Assembly (NCBI GenBank): GCA_963827755.1
Contig: CAWHCQ010000040.1
Coordinates: 1 to 64,000, forward strand
Source of the DNA: an uncultured Gammaproteobacteria bacterium
GTDB lineage: Bacteria > Pseudomonadota > Gammaproteobacteria > UBA9214
Reading direction: 5' to 3'
Length of the DNA: 64,000 nt
The translations under genes and the position numbers were made by a program. Below are positions 23,941-34,474 of the stretch, one piece after another. The stretch's first letter is position 1, and each line of letters opens with the position of its first letter. The notes beneath the pieces were generated by a model. It was not told the origin of the DNA and ran no database searches. It saw nothing but the letters and a program-made list of their open reading frames with translations.

Positions 23941-26900
23941 GCACACTCCTCCCTGCTATCAGCATCAATCAGGCTCTGAATGGAATCCAGCAGTTCGCTT
24001 TCCTGATAGGGTTTACCGAGGTAGGCGTTTACGCCTATCTGTTTAGCGTGCTGACGATGCTTGTCGCCGCTACGCGAGGTAATCATGATAATTGGCACAT
24101 GCTTCAGGCGTTCGTCGTTGCGCATGTGGGTGGCAAGTTCAAACCCGTCCATACGCGGCATCTCGATATCCAGCAGCATGATGTCGGGAACATTTTCCCG
24201 CAACTGTCCCAGTGCATCAACACCATCCCTCGCTGTCAGCACCCTGAATCCATTACGCTCAAGCAGGCGGCTTGTAACCTTGCGCACTGTAATCGAATCA
24301 TCTACCACCATTACCAGTAATCGTTCACCAACTTTGGAGGCCACCGTAATGTCAGGCGCGGCAACCTGGCCCTGCATGCGCGAAAGCGACATGACATCCA
24401 GGACCAGGACTACCCGGCCGTCACCCAGAATGGTTGCCCCGGTAATCCCGTTAACACCCCGCAGCTGTGCACCAAGCGGCTTGATTACAATCTCCCTGCT
24501 CCCGAGTATGGACTCGAGCTGGAAAGCGACACGCTTTTCGCCAAGCCGTGTCAACAACACCGGAACCCGGCTTTGCTGCATCCCCTCCTCCATGTCACCG
24601 CAGCCGAGCAAGCTTCCGAGGTGCAGGAGCTGGTAGCGGTTTTCCGCATATTCAAGCATGCCGTCTTCTGCCTGGTAACAATCGGCCAGTTCCTCTGGAA
24701 AAAATCTTGCAACGCACTCGATACTGCCCAGTGGTATGCAAAAGGTTTCCTCGCCCGCCTTGACCAGCAGAGCCTGGTTAACCGCCAGTGTATACGGCAG
24801 GCGCACGGTAAACGTCGTACCCTTGCCTGCTATCGAGGAAATATGCAGCGAACCGCCCAACTGCCTGACCTCGCCGTTAACCACGTCCATACCGACGCCG
24901 CGCCCGGATATCTGGGTAACTTTCGCAGCGGTACTGAACCCTGTCTGCAATACGAATTGCATAATGTCGCTATCAGCAATATTTGCATCGGCTTCCATCA
25001 AGCTGCGTTCAATAGCACGTGCACGAATCGCTTCTATATCGAGGCCAGCACCATCATCCTCGATGCGCAACACAATCTCCGGCCCCTCCCTGTCAAAGCT
25101 TATCTTCAATGATCCGACCGGTGATTTGCCTTGCTGCTTGCGAATGGCGGGCTTTTCAATGCCATGTGCGACAGCATTCCGCAGCATGTGTTCAAGTGGC
25201 GCGATCATCCTGTCTATAACTGTACGATCCATTTCACCATCCGCACCCTCGAGACTCAAACTGACATCCTTACCCAGCTCTTTTGCCGACTGACGCAGGA
25301 TTCTTCTCAACCGTGGCGCGAGACCCGCGAAAGGGATCATGCGGGAGTGCAACAGTCCTTCCTGCAGGTCTGCACTGACGCGCGATTGCTGCAGAAACAG
25401 CGCTTCTGACTCACGCGTCGTTTTTTCCATCAGCCCCTGCAGGCTGCGCAGGTCGCCTATGCTCTCGATCAGGGAGCGTGACAATTGTTGCAAGTTTGAA
25501 TAACGGTCCATCTCAAGCGGATCAAAGTCATGGCTTGCTGACTCATCCTGCTGCTCGTAACGAAACAGGATGTGCGCTTCCGTCTCTATTTCCACCTGGC
25601 GCAACTGTTCACGCAGACGCCCGATAGTCTGGTCGAGCTCACCCAGGTTATGTCGATAATCGCTGATCTGCTGCTCCATGCGCGCACGGTAGATGTTGAT
25701 TTCTGCCGCCTGGTTCACCATGTTATCCAGCAGATCGGACCGCACCCGCACCTGCTCGCTGCGAACCCGTGGACGCTTGCGTCGTTCGACTGGCGGCCGT
25801 AACTGTTCCGGCATCACTCCTTCAACCCCGGCAGGTGGAATCCGCTGCGCATCGGCATCCGCCGATGTCTCTGGCCGCACTGGCGTTAGCGGCTCTGCTG
25901 CGGGTTCGACGGCCATTTCTGCTGCAGGTTCAACGGCCAATGCAGCTTCAGGCTCCATGTCCGGTTCTGCTGCAGTGTCAACGACCGGTTCTGTTGCAGT
26001 CACGATTTCCTGCCCTGCTTCAGGCTCGAAGGCCGACCCTGCATCAACTCCGCTGTCCGACCTCGCTTGCGGCTCACCGGTCGGCACTACATTCGGCTCA
26101 ACGACCGGCCTTGCTGCAGGGGCTGTATCCGGCACGGACTCCAGACCCAGGACGTCGATCACTGTCTGCAGCCTGCCGTCATCAGTGGGAAGTTCACGCG
26201 CCTTGACGTGTTCCAGCATCTCCGCGAGATGATCATGGGAATCATGCAACAGCACAAACAACTCGTCATTGACCTCGGTCTGTCCTTCAACAACCCGCGT
26301 CAACAGGGACTCAAGGGTATGACTCAAATCACCTAGCGGCTTGATATCAACCATGCGGGCGCCACCCTTGAGGGTGTGCAATTGCCGCTGAAACTCGGCC
26401 ATCAATTCCTTGCTGCCCGGCTCTTTCGACCAGGCACGCAGCGTAATCTCGCCCGCATCGATAATCTCGGAGGCCTCTTCAACAAACACTTCAAACAGTT
26501 CGCTGTCCATCGCGGCAAAGGGGTCATCCGCAGGACGGGACTCGCCGGTTTCAGGAACTGACTCCAGCCGGTCACACGGTTGTTGCGCATCATCTTCAGT
26601 GGCCTCTTCCTCAAACGGCTCATCGGATGATGCAGCTTCAGGTTCCATGACCGGCTCTGCTGCAGTGTCAACGACCAGCCCTGCTGCCGCAGGCAGTTCG
26701 GCGGGTGGCTGGACAGGCTGTGGACCCGGTTGAGACAACATGACGGCCGTCCGCGCCAGGGCATCAACATCCGCCTCCAGTGCTGCCTCATTGTCTTCCA
26801 CCCGGGCAAGCAGCTGTCTCATTGCAGGCACCGACTCGCCAAGCAACGCCAGCAATTCCTCGCCGGGTTCAACCGTTCCTTCAATAATCCTGTTGAGCAG

Positions 26901-28901
26901 GTTTTCAAATGTCCATGCGAATTCCGCCGCTGCCAGCGCACCAACCATCCGCCCGCTGCCTTTTATGGTGTGAAAACCCCGGCACGCCTCCTGCAGGTCA
27001 CGGGTATTACCTGGATCGGAAAACCAGGCCGGTAATTGCTTACCAAGCTGCAGCAGCACCTCGTCGGCCTCTTCAATAAATATGGCCACGATTTCTTCAT
27101 CTGCCCCGGCGTCAATCACCTGCAGCCCGGTGACATGCGGCACCTCGGGAGATTCAATGGCCTTGTCCGGCGGGGCAGTTGCAGACACACGCGCTATATT
27201 CCTGTCCTGCGCCGGGGCGGCTGGCTGCTGTTGTTCCGCTGGCAGGTTCGGGCATGCACAGCCCAGCGCCGCAAGGCCTTGCTCTGCACCATCCAGTATT
27301 CCCTCGTCCTGCAGAGGGTCCCTGCCGGAACCGGCAATGTAATATTCGATACTGCTGACGACATCCGCCAGCTGCTCAAGCTGGCCATCGCCCAACGCCT
27401 TATGCCGTTCAAGCAGTTCTACTGCAATGAAATTGCCGGCCCGGGCGGTGGCAACTGCTGCCCGCTCCTGCCCGGAAAACTGCAGGCTGCCGCGCACGCC
27501 GGATAACAGGCCGGGTACGCTGGCCAGTTTTTCAAAGTCACGGGGCGATTCGATAAATTCAACAATGGCTTGCTTGACCCGGGTTACACCGTCAAGCGCT
27601 TCTCTGGCAAGTATCTGCATCCCCTGCTCCAGATAGTGGCGGTTTGTGCCACCGTCTTGCGCAACTGAACCCCTGCCGACGAGATGCTGAACGTCAACCT
27701 CGGCGGCAACGAGCAGGTTTGCCACGTCCATCAGTGTAGTTTCATCAATGACTGTTTCGCCTCCAGCCATACCACGGACAGGCTGCACCTGATTGAGGAG
27801 GTCATGCCCGGGACCATCGACCCCTATCATGTCGAGCATGTTACCCAGGGCGTGGAGTTCATCCGCTAGCGGCAACAGGTTCTGCGGATCACGCCGGGTA
27901 GAGCGCATGAACTGCCCAAGACGGTCCTTGATACGTTCGATATCGTCGGCTGCCTTCAGTGAAACGGTATGTAGCAGCTCGTCGCTGCAACCCGCGGGAC
28001 TTTCATCAGCAGCGGCACTTTCCTGCAGTCTGTAGGTTGACTTGATCGATTGCATACACGCCAGCGATGACCCGGTGCTTGCAATGCAATACAGCAGGCG
28101 TTTCATCAGTTCGTCTGTCAACGGGTCATCGAAAACCGATTCGCCCGCATCGGCAAGCCGTTTGATCTGACGATCAAGCCGGCCGAATATCTGCCGGCCT
28201 TCCGGCGTATCGGCTATTTCACCTTCAAGCATTGCCGCAGTCATGCAAGCTGCTGCCCACCAGAGGCGCGCAACACTTTCACGCCCGGCATCCTGCTGCA
28301 TCTGCATGAGCACCTCATGCAGCGTCTGCAATCCCTTATTACCCTCGTTACCGCGATACCATTCAAGCAAAGCCGGCTGAAACCGCGAACGTGCCGCCTG
28401 TGCCCTTGCACGGATTTTTCTGTCGGAAACCGACATGCGCGCAGTGTAGACTTCAGGCGGCAGCGGGGCCGTCAGGTCAGGAGCAAACACGGCACGTTCT
28501 TCAAGTGGCGGGGCATCACGCACCTTGCGCAGACTGTTGATAACCGGCAGCAGGACAACCGGGTTGTCCGCCCTGCCCGAATGGAGACGGGACAAATAAT
28601 CAGGCAGTTGCAGAAAAGCCCCCATCAATGCTTCAAGCACCGCATCCGGCTGCAGCAGGCTTCCATGCTGCAGATCTGCAATGGCCTCCTCCATTTCGGA
28701 CGCCAGCTGGTCTGCACCCTTCAGCCCCACCATGCGCAACGGGCGGCGAGCCTGGTGCAGGTTTTTCGCGCAGTCCTGCAGCAAGGCACCATTGTCCCGG
28801 TTCCCGGCATATACCCTGAGGGAAGCACAGGCCTGCTTGAGCACCTCGTCCAGCTCCTGGCGCACCCAGTTCAGGGCGTTGTAGTCAATTTCTTCATTCA
28901 T
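23937..28901 (-). CDS. chpA: Multi-Hpt hybrid histidine kinase ChpA
   Basis: Hpt motifs FHTIKGSGRMVG and LHTLKGGARM, FDPLEMDRY, HMLRNAVAHGIE, GRGVGMDVV, a CheW domain and a C-terminal receiver (VVDDSITVRK). Confidence 0.93.
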   Translation of the reverse strand: MNEEIDYNALNWVRQELDEVLKQACASLRVYAGNRDNGALLQDCAKNLHQARRPLRMVGLKGADQLASEMEEAIADLQHGSLLQPDAVLEALMGAFLQLPDYLSRLHSGRADNPVVLLPVINSLRKVRDAPPLEERAVFAPDLTAPLPPEVYTARMSVSDRKIRARAQAARSRFQPALLEWYRGNEGNKGLQTLHEVLMQMQQDAGRESVARLWWAAACMTAAMLEGEIADTPEGRQIFGRLDRQIKRLADAGESVFDDPLTDELMKRLLYCIASTGSSLACMQSIKSTYRLQESAAADESPAGCSDELLHTVSLKAADDIERIKDRLGQFMRSTRRDPQNLLPLADELHALGNMLDMIGVDGPGHDLLNQVQPVRGMAGGETVIDETTLMDVANLLVAAEVDVQHLVGRGSVAQDGGTNRHYLEQGMQILAREALDGVTRVKQAIVEFIESPRDFEKLASVPGLLSGVRGSLQFSGQERAAVATARAGNFIAVELLERHKALGDGQLEQLADVVSSIEYYIAGSGRDPLQDEGILDGAEQGLAALGCACPNLPAEQQQPAAPAQDRNIARVSATAPPDKAIESPEVPHVTGLQVIDAGADEEIVAIFIEEADEVLLQLGKQLPAWFSDPGNTRDLQEACRGFHTIKGSGRMVGALAAAEFAWTFENLLNRIIEGTVEPGEELLALLGESVPAMRQLLARVEDNEAALEADVDALARTAVMLSQPGPQPVQPPAELPAAAGLVVDTAAEPVMEPEAASSDEPFEEEATEDDAQQPCDRLESVPETGESRPADDPFAAMDSELFEVFVEEASEIIDAGEITLRAWSKEPGSKELMAEFQRQLHTLKGGARMVDIKPLGDLSHTLESLLTRVVEGQTEVNDELFVLLHDSHDHLAEMLEHVKARELPTDDGRLQTVIDVLGLESVPDTAPAARPVVEPNVVPTGEPQARSDSGVDAGSAFEPEAGQEIVTATEPVVDTAAEPDMEPEAALAVEPAAEMAVEPAAEPLTPVRPETSADADAQRIPPAGVEGVMPEQLRPPVERRKRPRVRSEQVRVRSDLLDNMVNQAAEINIYRARMEQQISDYRHNLGELDQTIGRLREQLRQVEIETEAHILFRYEQQDESASHDFDPLEMDRYSNLQQLSRSLIESIGDLRSLQGLMEKTTRESEALFLQQSRVSADLQEGLLHSRMIPFAGLAPRLRRILRQSAKELGKDVSLSLEGADGEMDRTVIDRMIAPLEHMLRNAVAHGIEKPAIRKQQGKSPVGSLKISFDREGPEIVLRIEDDGAGLDIEAIRARAIERSLMEADANIADSDIMQFVLQTGFSTAAKVTQISGRGVGMDVVNGEVRQLGGSLHISSIAGKGTTFTVRLPYTLAVNQALLVKAGEETFCIPLGSIECVARFFPEELADCYQAEDGMLEYAENRYQLLHLGSLLGCGDMEEGMQQSRVPVLLTRLGEKRVAFQLESILGSREIVIKPLGAQLRGVNGITGATILGDGRVVLVLDVMSLSRMQGQVAAPDITVASKVGERLLVMVVDDSITVRKVTSRLLERNGFRVLTARDGVDALGQLRENVPDIMLLDIEMPRMDGFELATHMRNDERLKHVPIIMITSRSGDKHRQHAKQIGVNAYLGKPYQESELLDSIQSLIDADSREECA

Positions 28902-29013
28902 AATGATCTTCCTGAACACCCGTCTTAACGGCAAGCCATATTGCAAGACTGCAGGGTTTGCGCATCATCGGCAGGATCGACACCGTAAATGTATCCGGGG
29001 TGTTGTATGGAAT

Positions 29014-30618
29014 TTATTGCGGCAGCTTGAAACCGGCGACAGATGTATCAAGGTCCTGTGCCAGCCGCGACAGGTTTCCGATCGACCGCGAAGTCTGTTC
29101 GGTACCGCTTGCGGCCTGGTTCGTTACCTGCTGTATACCCTGTATCGTCGCCGTCAGGTCGGATGCTGCTTCTGCCTGGCTGCGCGAGGAATTCGAGATA
29201 TTCTGAATCAGCCCGGCAAGCTGCTCGGAAATGCTTTCGATCTCCTCCAGGGAACTGCTGGCATTTTCGGCCAGCTGTGCACCCTTGACGACACCCGCCG
29301 TGCTCTTCTCCATCGAGATCACGGCCTCGTTGGTATCGGCCTGGATGGTTTTCACCAGCGCCTCAATCTGCCTGGTGGCATTCGCCGAACGCTCGGCAAG
29401 CCGCTGCACCTCGTCGGCAACCACGGCAAAGCCGCGGCCGGCCTCACCGGCCATTGCCGCCTGGATCGATGCATTCAATGCAAGAATATTGGTCTGCTCG
29501 GCGATATCGTTAATCAGTTCCACGATGTCACCGATTTCCTGCGAACTCTCGCCAAGCCGCTTGATGCGTTTCGAGGTTTCCTGGATATGCTCGCGGATAG
29601 TATCCATACCGTTCATGGTGCGTTGCACGGCCTCACCCCCGTTTCTTGCGACTTCTACAGATCGCATCGCGACTCTTGATGACTCGCCCGCATTACTGGA
29701 GACATCATTCATCGAGTTCGACATCGCATTAATGGCCGTACTTGCATCCGTGATATCCCGGGACTGCTGCTTGCTTGCAGTCAGCAGGTTGCCCGCAATT
29801 GCCTCCGTCTCCTGTACCGACAGAGACAGCCGCGTTGATGTGTCGTTAATGGTTTTTACCAGGCCACGCAGGGAATCAACGGTCACGTTGATCGCATCGG
29901 CGATTGAACCGGTGAAGCCTCCACTGACCGTGGTATGCACCGTCAGATCCCCACCGGCCAGGTCACCCATCTCGTCAAGCAGTCGCGTAATGGCTTGCTG
30001 GTTACTGGCATTGTCCAGCTCCGCCTTGCGAATGCTTGAATGTTGCTCAAACGCCCTCCAGAACAACAGCAACAATGCCACCACTGCAAGGAAATACGCC
30101 AGCTCCTTCCTGAGCAAGCTGTTTCCCGGCGCTGCCTTGAGCAACCCGTTAAACTTCTTCGCTGCGTCGAACAACGCTTCAGCCTGCGCGCCAATGTTGC
30201 CGGCAGCCACGGCCGGTGGCTGACCATCAAGCAATTCATCAATGTGGTAGCGGAATTCGCGCCAGCGGTCATCGAGCTCGGCCAGTGCATGGGATTCAGG
30301 TGTACCGGTCTTGCCGGAGGCCTCTTTGAATACAGCCATCTGCGTTGCTATAATTTCTTCAAACCGGTCTCTCGATGCTCTCAGCCGGGCAAACCCGCTC
30401 GCATCGCCACTCGCTGCATACCGCGCAAGCCCGGCAAGGTCTTGCGACAACAACATCTGTTCACTGCTGTCCACAATTCCTGACTGGTTGACTTCGGCGC
30501 GGTTGATAACGATTGCAAACACCGAGGCCATCGCCAGTACAGCAACCAACAACATGAATGTCAGGATCTTCATCCTGCCGTTGGTGCAGGGGATTTCATG
30601 TTTAAACATTGCTTTCAT
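29014..30618 (-). CDS. pilJ: Methyl-accepting chemotaxis protein PilJ
   Basis: Two TM helices, HAMP domain, IQETSKRIKRLGESSQEIG and AGEAGRGFAVVADEV; GGGAGA RBS before the ATG at 30618. Confidence 0.9.
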   Translation of the reverse strand: MKAMFKHEIPCTNGRMKILTFMLLVAVLAMASVFAIVINRAEVNQSGIVDSSEQMLLSQDLAGLARYAASGDASGFARLRASRDRFEEIIATQMAVFKEASGKTGTPESHALAELDDRWREFRYHIDELLDGQPPAVAAGNIGAQAEALFDAAKKFNGLLKAAPGNSLLRKELAYFLAVVALLLLFWRAFEQHSSIRKAELDNASNQQAITRLLDEMGDLAGGDLTVHTTVSGGFTGSIADAINVTVDSLRGLVKTINDTSTRLSLSVQETEAIAGNLLTASKQQSRDITDASTAINAMSNSMNDVSSNAGESSRVAMRSVEVARNGGEAVQRTMNGMDTIREHIQETSKRIKRLGESSQEIGDIVELINDIAEQTNILALNASIQAAMAGEAGRGFAVVADEVQRLAERSANATRQIEALVKTIQADTNEAVISMEKSTAGVVKGAQLAENASSSLEEIESISEQLAGLIQNISNSSRSQAEAASDLTATIQGIQQVTNQAASGTEQTSRSIGNLSRLAQDLDTSVAGFKLPQ

Positions 30619-30695
30619 GGTCTGTCTCCCGACCTTGTTGCAGAAATATACGGACAAAAAAAGAGCCCGATGCCATCGCGGTTCATAACAGTGGC

Positions 30696-31241
30696 TCAGA
30701 CCGCAGCCTGTAAAAACTCCGCCGACTCTGTCAGCAGATGCAGGCTGAACAGGCCCCAGTAATGCCCGTCCCTGTGGAACCCGTTCCGCATGTACGGTTC
30801 CATACATGCTTCAAAGGCAAACTCCCTGCTGGCATATTCACTCTTCATGAAGTGTTTCATGCCGAATACTTCATCCACAACAAGACCGGTAAATACCTCA
30901 TCATGGTCAACAACCAGCACACGCGTCCTGCTCGTGAGCTTCGTTGGCGAACCCTTCAAATAACCGGTTAAATCAATCACCGGCAACAGGCTGCCGCGGA
31001 TATTTGCTATTCCCTTCACCCATGGCCGCGCCAGCGGTACAGGCGTCAACCGGGGGAACTCCAGAATCTCGACGACCTCACCAAGGGGAGTCACCAGGCT
31101 GTTATTACCCACCCTGAATGCAATACCGGACCATTCACTGCCTGGTTCCTGCTTCTGTGGCATACCGCTTGAACAGCTACGGCAACGCGCTTCTATTTCC
31201 TTGAGTAGCGCTACAGGGTCTGTCAAGTCGATGTTTTCCAC
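30696..31241 (-). CDS. pilI: CheW-like protein PilI
   Basis: WSGIAFRVG, PWVKGIANIRGSLLPVIDL and GLVVDEVFG motifs; start codon approximate. Confidence 0.88.
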   Translation of the reverse strand: MENIDLTDPVALLKEIEARCRSCSSGMPQKQEPGSEWSGIAFRVGNNSLVTPLGEVVEILEFPRLTPVPLARPWVKGIANIRGSLLPVIDLTGYLKGSPTKLTSRTRVLVVDHDEVFTGLVVDEVFGMKHFMKSEYASREFAFEACMEPYMRNGFHRDGHYWGLFSLHLLTESAEFLQAAV

Positions 31242-31370
31242 GATCAGGCTATGCGACGGAAGCAGACCCGTTCTTCTCCATATTTCTTTTCAAAAGCTGC
31301 ATATCGTCATGCGAATCATCAGCAATTACTGTCAGTGTCCCGGGTATTATTTCGTTAATCATTACCGGTT

Positions 31371-31808
31371 TCACATTCCTGCATGCAATTCAACCGCGTG
31401 CAGCAATTCCTCCCTGGTAAACGGCTTCGTAACATAGTGATCCGAACCAACAACGCTTCCCCGCGCACGATCAAACAGACTATCATTGCCGGAGAGCATG
31501 ACGACCGGTATATGCCTGAACACATTGTGGTGCTTGATCAGTGCACAGGTCTGGTACCCGTCCAGTCGCGGCATCTGGATGTCCAGAAAAATCAGGTCCG
31601 GCCGTTGATCTGCAATCATGCTGAGGGCCTCGAATCCGTCGGAGGCGGTGATCACCTGGTAGCCTTCCTCTTTCAGCAGGATTGCGGCTGTACGTCGTAT
31701 AGTCTTGCTGTCATCGATAATCATCACCGTGAACGGACTCACAGCTTCTTCATCTGCCCCCGCACCCCCGTGCTCTCTGAGCTCACCTGCCGCTTTGCTG
31801 CTCTGCAT
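31371..31808 (-). CDS. pilG: Twitching motility response regulator PilG
   Basis: VMIIDDSKTIRRTA, MPRLDGYQTCALIK and LFDRARG motifs; divergent from gshB. Confidence 0.92.
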   Translation of the reverse strand: MQSSKAAGELREHGGAGADEEAVSPFTVMIIDDSKTIRRTAAILLKEEGYQVITASDGFEALSMIADQRPDLIFLDIQMPRLDGYQTCALIKHHNVFRHIPVVMLSGNDSLFDRARGSVVGSDHYVTKPFTREELLHAVELHAGM

Positions 31809-31923
31809 GATTACCTCTATCTATATGAAATACATGTTAATATTAATCTGCAGCCGGCTGTATGCGCTGTATTGCCACGAATCCCCGCGAGTTGTCGACG
31901 ACCTGGCGGGACGATTTACTCTA

Positions 31924-31950
31924 GTATTGGCCGGTAACTACACTGATTTA
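31924..31950 (-). promoter_or_regulatory. sigma28-type promoter candidate for the pilG operon
   Basis: TAAA-N15-GCCAATAC on the minus strand; AATACT could alternatively be a sigma70 -10. Confidence 0.4.
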
Positions 31951-32022
31951 TCGTCATTTAAAGGGCAAACTTTATATCGCCACTGCATAACTGCCCGGCA
32001 GCAGCGTGAACACAGGAGTTCT

Positions 32023-32980
32023 ATGAAAATCAAGCTGGGCGTCGTCATGGACCCGATCGGCGCCATCCACTTCAAAAAGGACAGTACCCTGGCCATGCTG
32101 CTGGCCGCACAGGCACGCGGCTGGGAACTCTATTACATGGAGCAGCCGGACCTGTTCCTGCAAGGCGGCCGCTGTCTTGCACGGCAGGGCCGCCTGCATG
32201 TCAGGGATGATGAAAATGACTGGTTCAGCCTCGCACAGCCGCAGACGGCCCCGCTTGACGAACTCGATGTCGTCCTGATGCGCAAGGATCCACCGGTGGA
32301 TATGGAATTCATGTACACCACCTTCCTGCTGGAACGTGCCGAGGCCCATGGCACACTCATCGTCAACAGGCCGGCAGGCCTTGCGCAATGCAAGCGAAAA
32401 ACTCTATACCGCCTGGTTCGAGAACTGCTGCCCGCCGATGCGGGTCAGCCGGGACATCGGGCTGCTGAAGGAATTCCTCGACGAATATCGTGACATCATC
32501 GTCAAGCCGCTCAACGGCATGGGCGGCGCATCGATCTTCAGGGTTCAACAGGGGGATGCAAACGTGAACGTGATCCTTGAGACCATTACCGCCAACGGCA
32601 TGCAAACGGCCATGGCACAGCGTTATATTCCGGAGATTACCGAGGGTGACAAGCGCATCCTGATGATTGACGGCAGACCCTTCCCGCATGCCCTGGCGCG
32701 CATCCCGGCTGCCGGGGAGACCCGCGGCAATCTCGCTGCCGGCGGGCGCGGCGTGGGTGTTGATCTCAGCGAGCGCGATCGCTGGATCTGTGACCAGGTC
32801 GGACCGGCGCTGCGCGAACAGGGACTGCTGTTCGCTGGCATCGATGTCATCGGCGATTACCTCACCGAGATCAACGTCACCAGCCCGACCTGCATCCGTG
32901 AACTCGACAGCATCTACGCGGCTGACATAGCCGGCGAGTTGATGGATGCCATTGAAAAACAACTGCAACTCCGGGCATGA
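32023..32980 (+). CDS. gshB: Glutathione synthetase (frameshift near 32375)
   Basis: VVMDPI..KKDSTLAML and MRKDPP in the first frame; KPLNGMGG, RGNLAAGG and EINVTSPTC in the second. Confidence 0.93.
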
Positions 32981-34023
32981 ACCCGGCGCGCCTGCTGGTT
33001 GTCCTGCTGCTGTCGCTGCTGGCCACTGCCTGCAGCAAGCATGAAAAGGAGGTCTTCCACGACCAGTTCTTCGCCTTCGGCACACTGATCGATCTGACCC
33101 TGTACGGCGTTGACCCCGCCATCGCCACAAAGGCCGGCGAACAGCTTGAACAGGACTTCGATGCTATGCATGGCCGCTGGCATGCCTGGCAGGCAAGCGC
33201 GCTGACGGCCATCAACGACCAACTCGCTGACCGGCAAACAGCGCAGGCCGATGCGTCCACCCTGCCGCTGATCAGCGAGGCCAACCGGCTGTCACAACTC
33301 AGCAACGGCCTGTTCAACCCCGTTATCGGGCAACTGGTTGCACTGTGGGGATTTCATGACAATCCATTGCCCATCGGCACCTTGCCGAATAAACAGGACA
33401 TCACTGCACTGCTCGCGCAACTGCCGTCTGCCGATGACATCAGCATCGAAGGCAATCGCATCAGCAGCCGCAACCCGGCGGCACGCTATGACCTGGGCGC
33501 CTTTGCCAAGGGCTACGCGATCGACCGGGCCATCGAGCGCCTGCGCGGAATGGGTGTTGAGAATGCCATTATCAATGCCGGCGGTGATCTGCGCGCCATC
33601 GGCCGTCACGGCGACCGCCCCTGGCAGATCGGCATTCGGCACCCGCGACAACCCGCCATCCTGGCGAGCGTTGAGATCGAGGGTGACAGCAGCGTATTTA
33701 CCTCCGGTGACTATGAGCGTTTTTTTGAAGTCGATGGCAAACGCTACCATCACATCATCGACCCGCGCAGCGGCTACCCGGCCGACAGGACCGCCTCGGT
33801 TACCGTGATCCACCGCGATGCCGCCACGGCCGACGCGGCGGCAACGGCCCTGTTCGTCGCCGGCCCCGACGGCTGGCAGGCCCTCGCCTCGCGCATGGGT
33901 ATCAGGCTGGTGATGCTGGTTGATACACACGGCGTCATTCACATGAACCCGGCCATGCGGCCACGCATCCGCTTCGAGCCCGGGATCGATGCCGAGGTCC
34001 GCCTCGGCGAACCGCTGTCATGA
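32977..34023 (+). CDS. apbE: FAD:protein FMN transferase lipoprotein
   Basis: Lipobox LATAC; DLGAFAKGYA, NAGGD, TSGDYER and YHHIIDPRSG motifs. Confidence 0.92.
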   Translation: MNPARLLVVLLLSLLATACSKHEKEVFHDQFFAFGTLIDLTLYGVDPAIATKAGEQLEQDFDAMHGRWHAWQASALTAINDQLADRQTAQADASTLPLISEANRLSQLSNGLFNPVIGQLVALWGFHDNPLPIGTLPNKQDITALLAQLPSADDISIEGNRISSRNPAARYDLGAFAKGYAIDRAIERLRGMGVENAIINAGGDLRAIGRHGDRPWQIGIRHPRQPAILASVEIEGDSSVFTSGDYERFFEVDGKRYHHIIDPRSGYPADRTASVTVIHRDAATADAAATALFVAGPDGWQALASRMGIRLVMLVDTHGVIHMNPAMRPRIRFEPGIDAEVRLGEPLS

Positions 34024-34379
34024 CCCGCGCCGATCGCATTCTGCTGCTGCTGGTCGTCTGCGCGCTGCCCTTTCTATACGCGCGGCTCTGGCTCCCCGGC
34101 GATCAGGCACGCTATGTGCAGATTCGGGCAGGCGATACCGAACCGGTTGCCGCGCAACTCAGCCCGGATCGCAAGGTTCAGATACACGGGCCACTGGGTG
34201 ACAGCGTCATCGAAATCAACGCAGCGCGGGTACGCTTTCTCGAATCGCCCTGCAGGGGACAACAGTGCGTACACAGCGGCTGGCTGAAAGCCGCCGGCGA
34301 AGTTGCCGCCTGCCTGCCGAACCGCATCAGCATCCAGCTGCTGGGCCGGCACCCGCGTTTTGACAGCATTAACTTCTGA
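34020..34379 (+). CDS. NusG domain II-containing (DUF1312-like) protein
   Basis: N-terminal TM helix; SPCRGQQCVHSGW...CLPNR motif. Confidence 0.85.
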   Translation: MTRADRILLLLVVCALPFLYARLWLPGDQARYVQIRAGDTEPVAAQLSPDRKVQIHGPLGDSVIEINAARVRFLESPCRGQQCVHSGWLKAAGEVAACLPNRISIQLLGRHPRFDSINF

Positions 34380-34474
34380 GCCAGGCCCTGTATCAGTTGA
34401 CAAAGTGAACACCGGCACCTGACCCGGCTTTTGATCCCGACTATAATGGGGGTCCATACCGACAGGACACCGCG

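Noticed and set aside
28925-28991. Internal sigma28 promoter before chpA (GCCGATGA and GCCGTTAA on the minus strand)
   Set aside because: No acceptable -35 element at 15-nt spacing.
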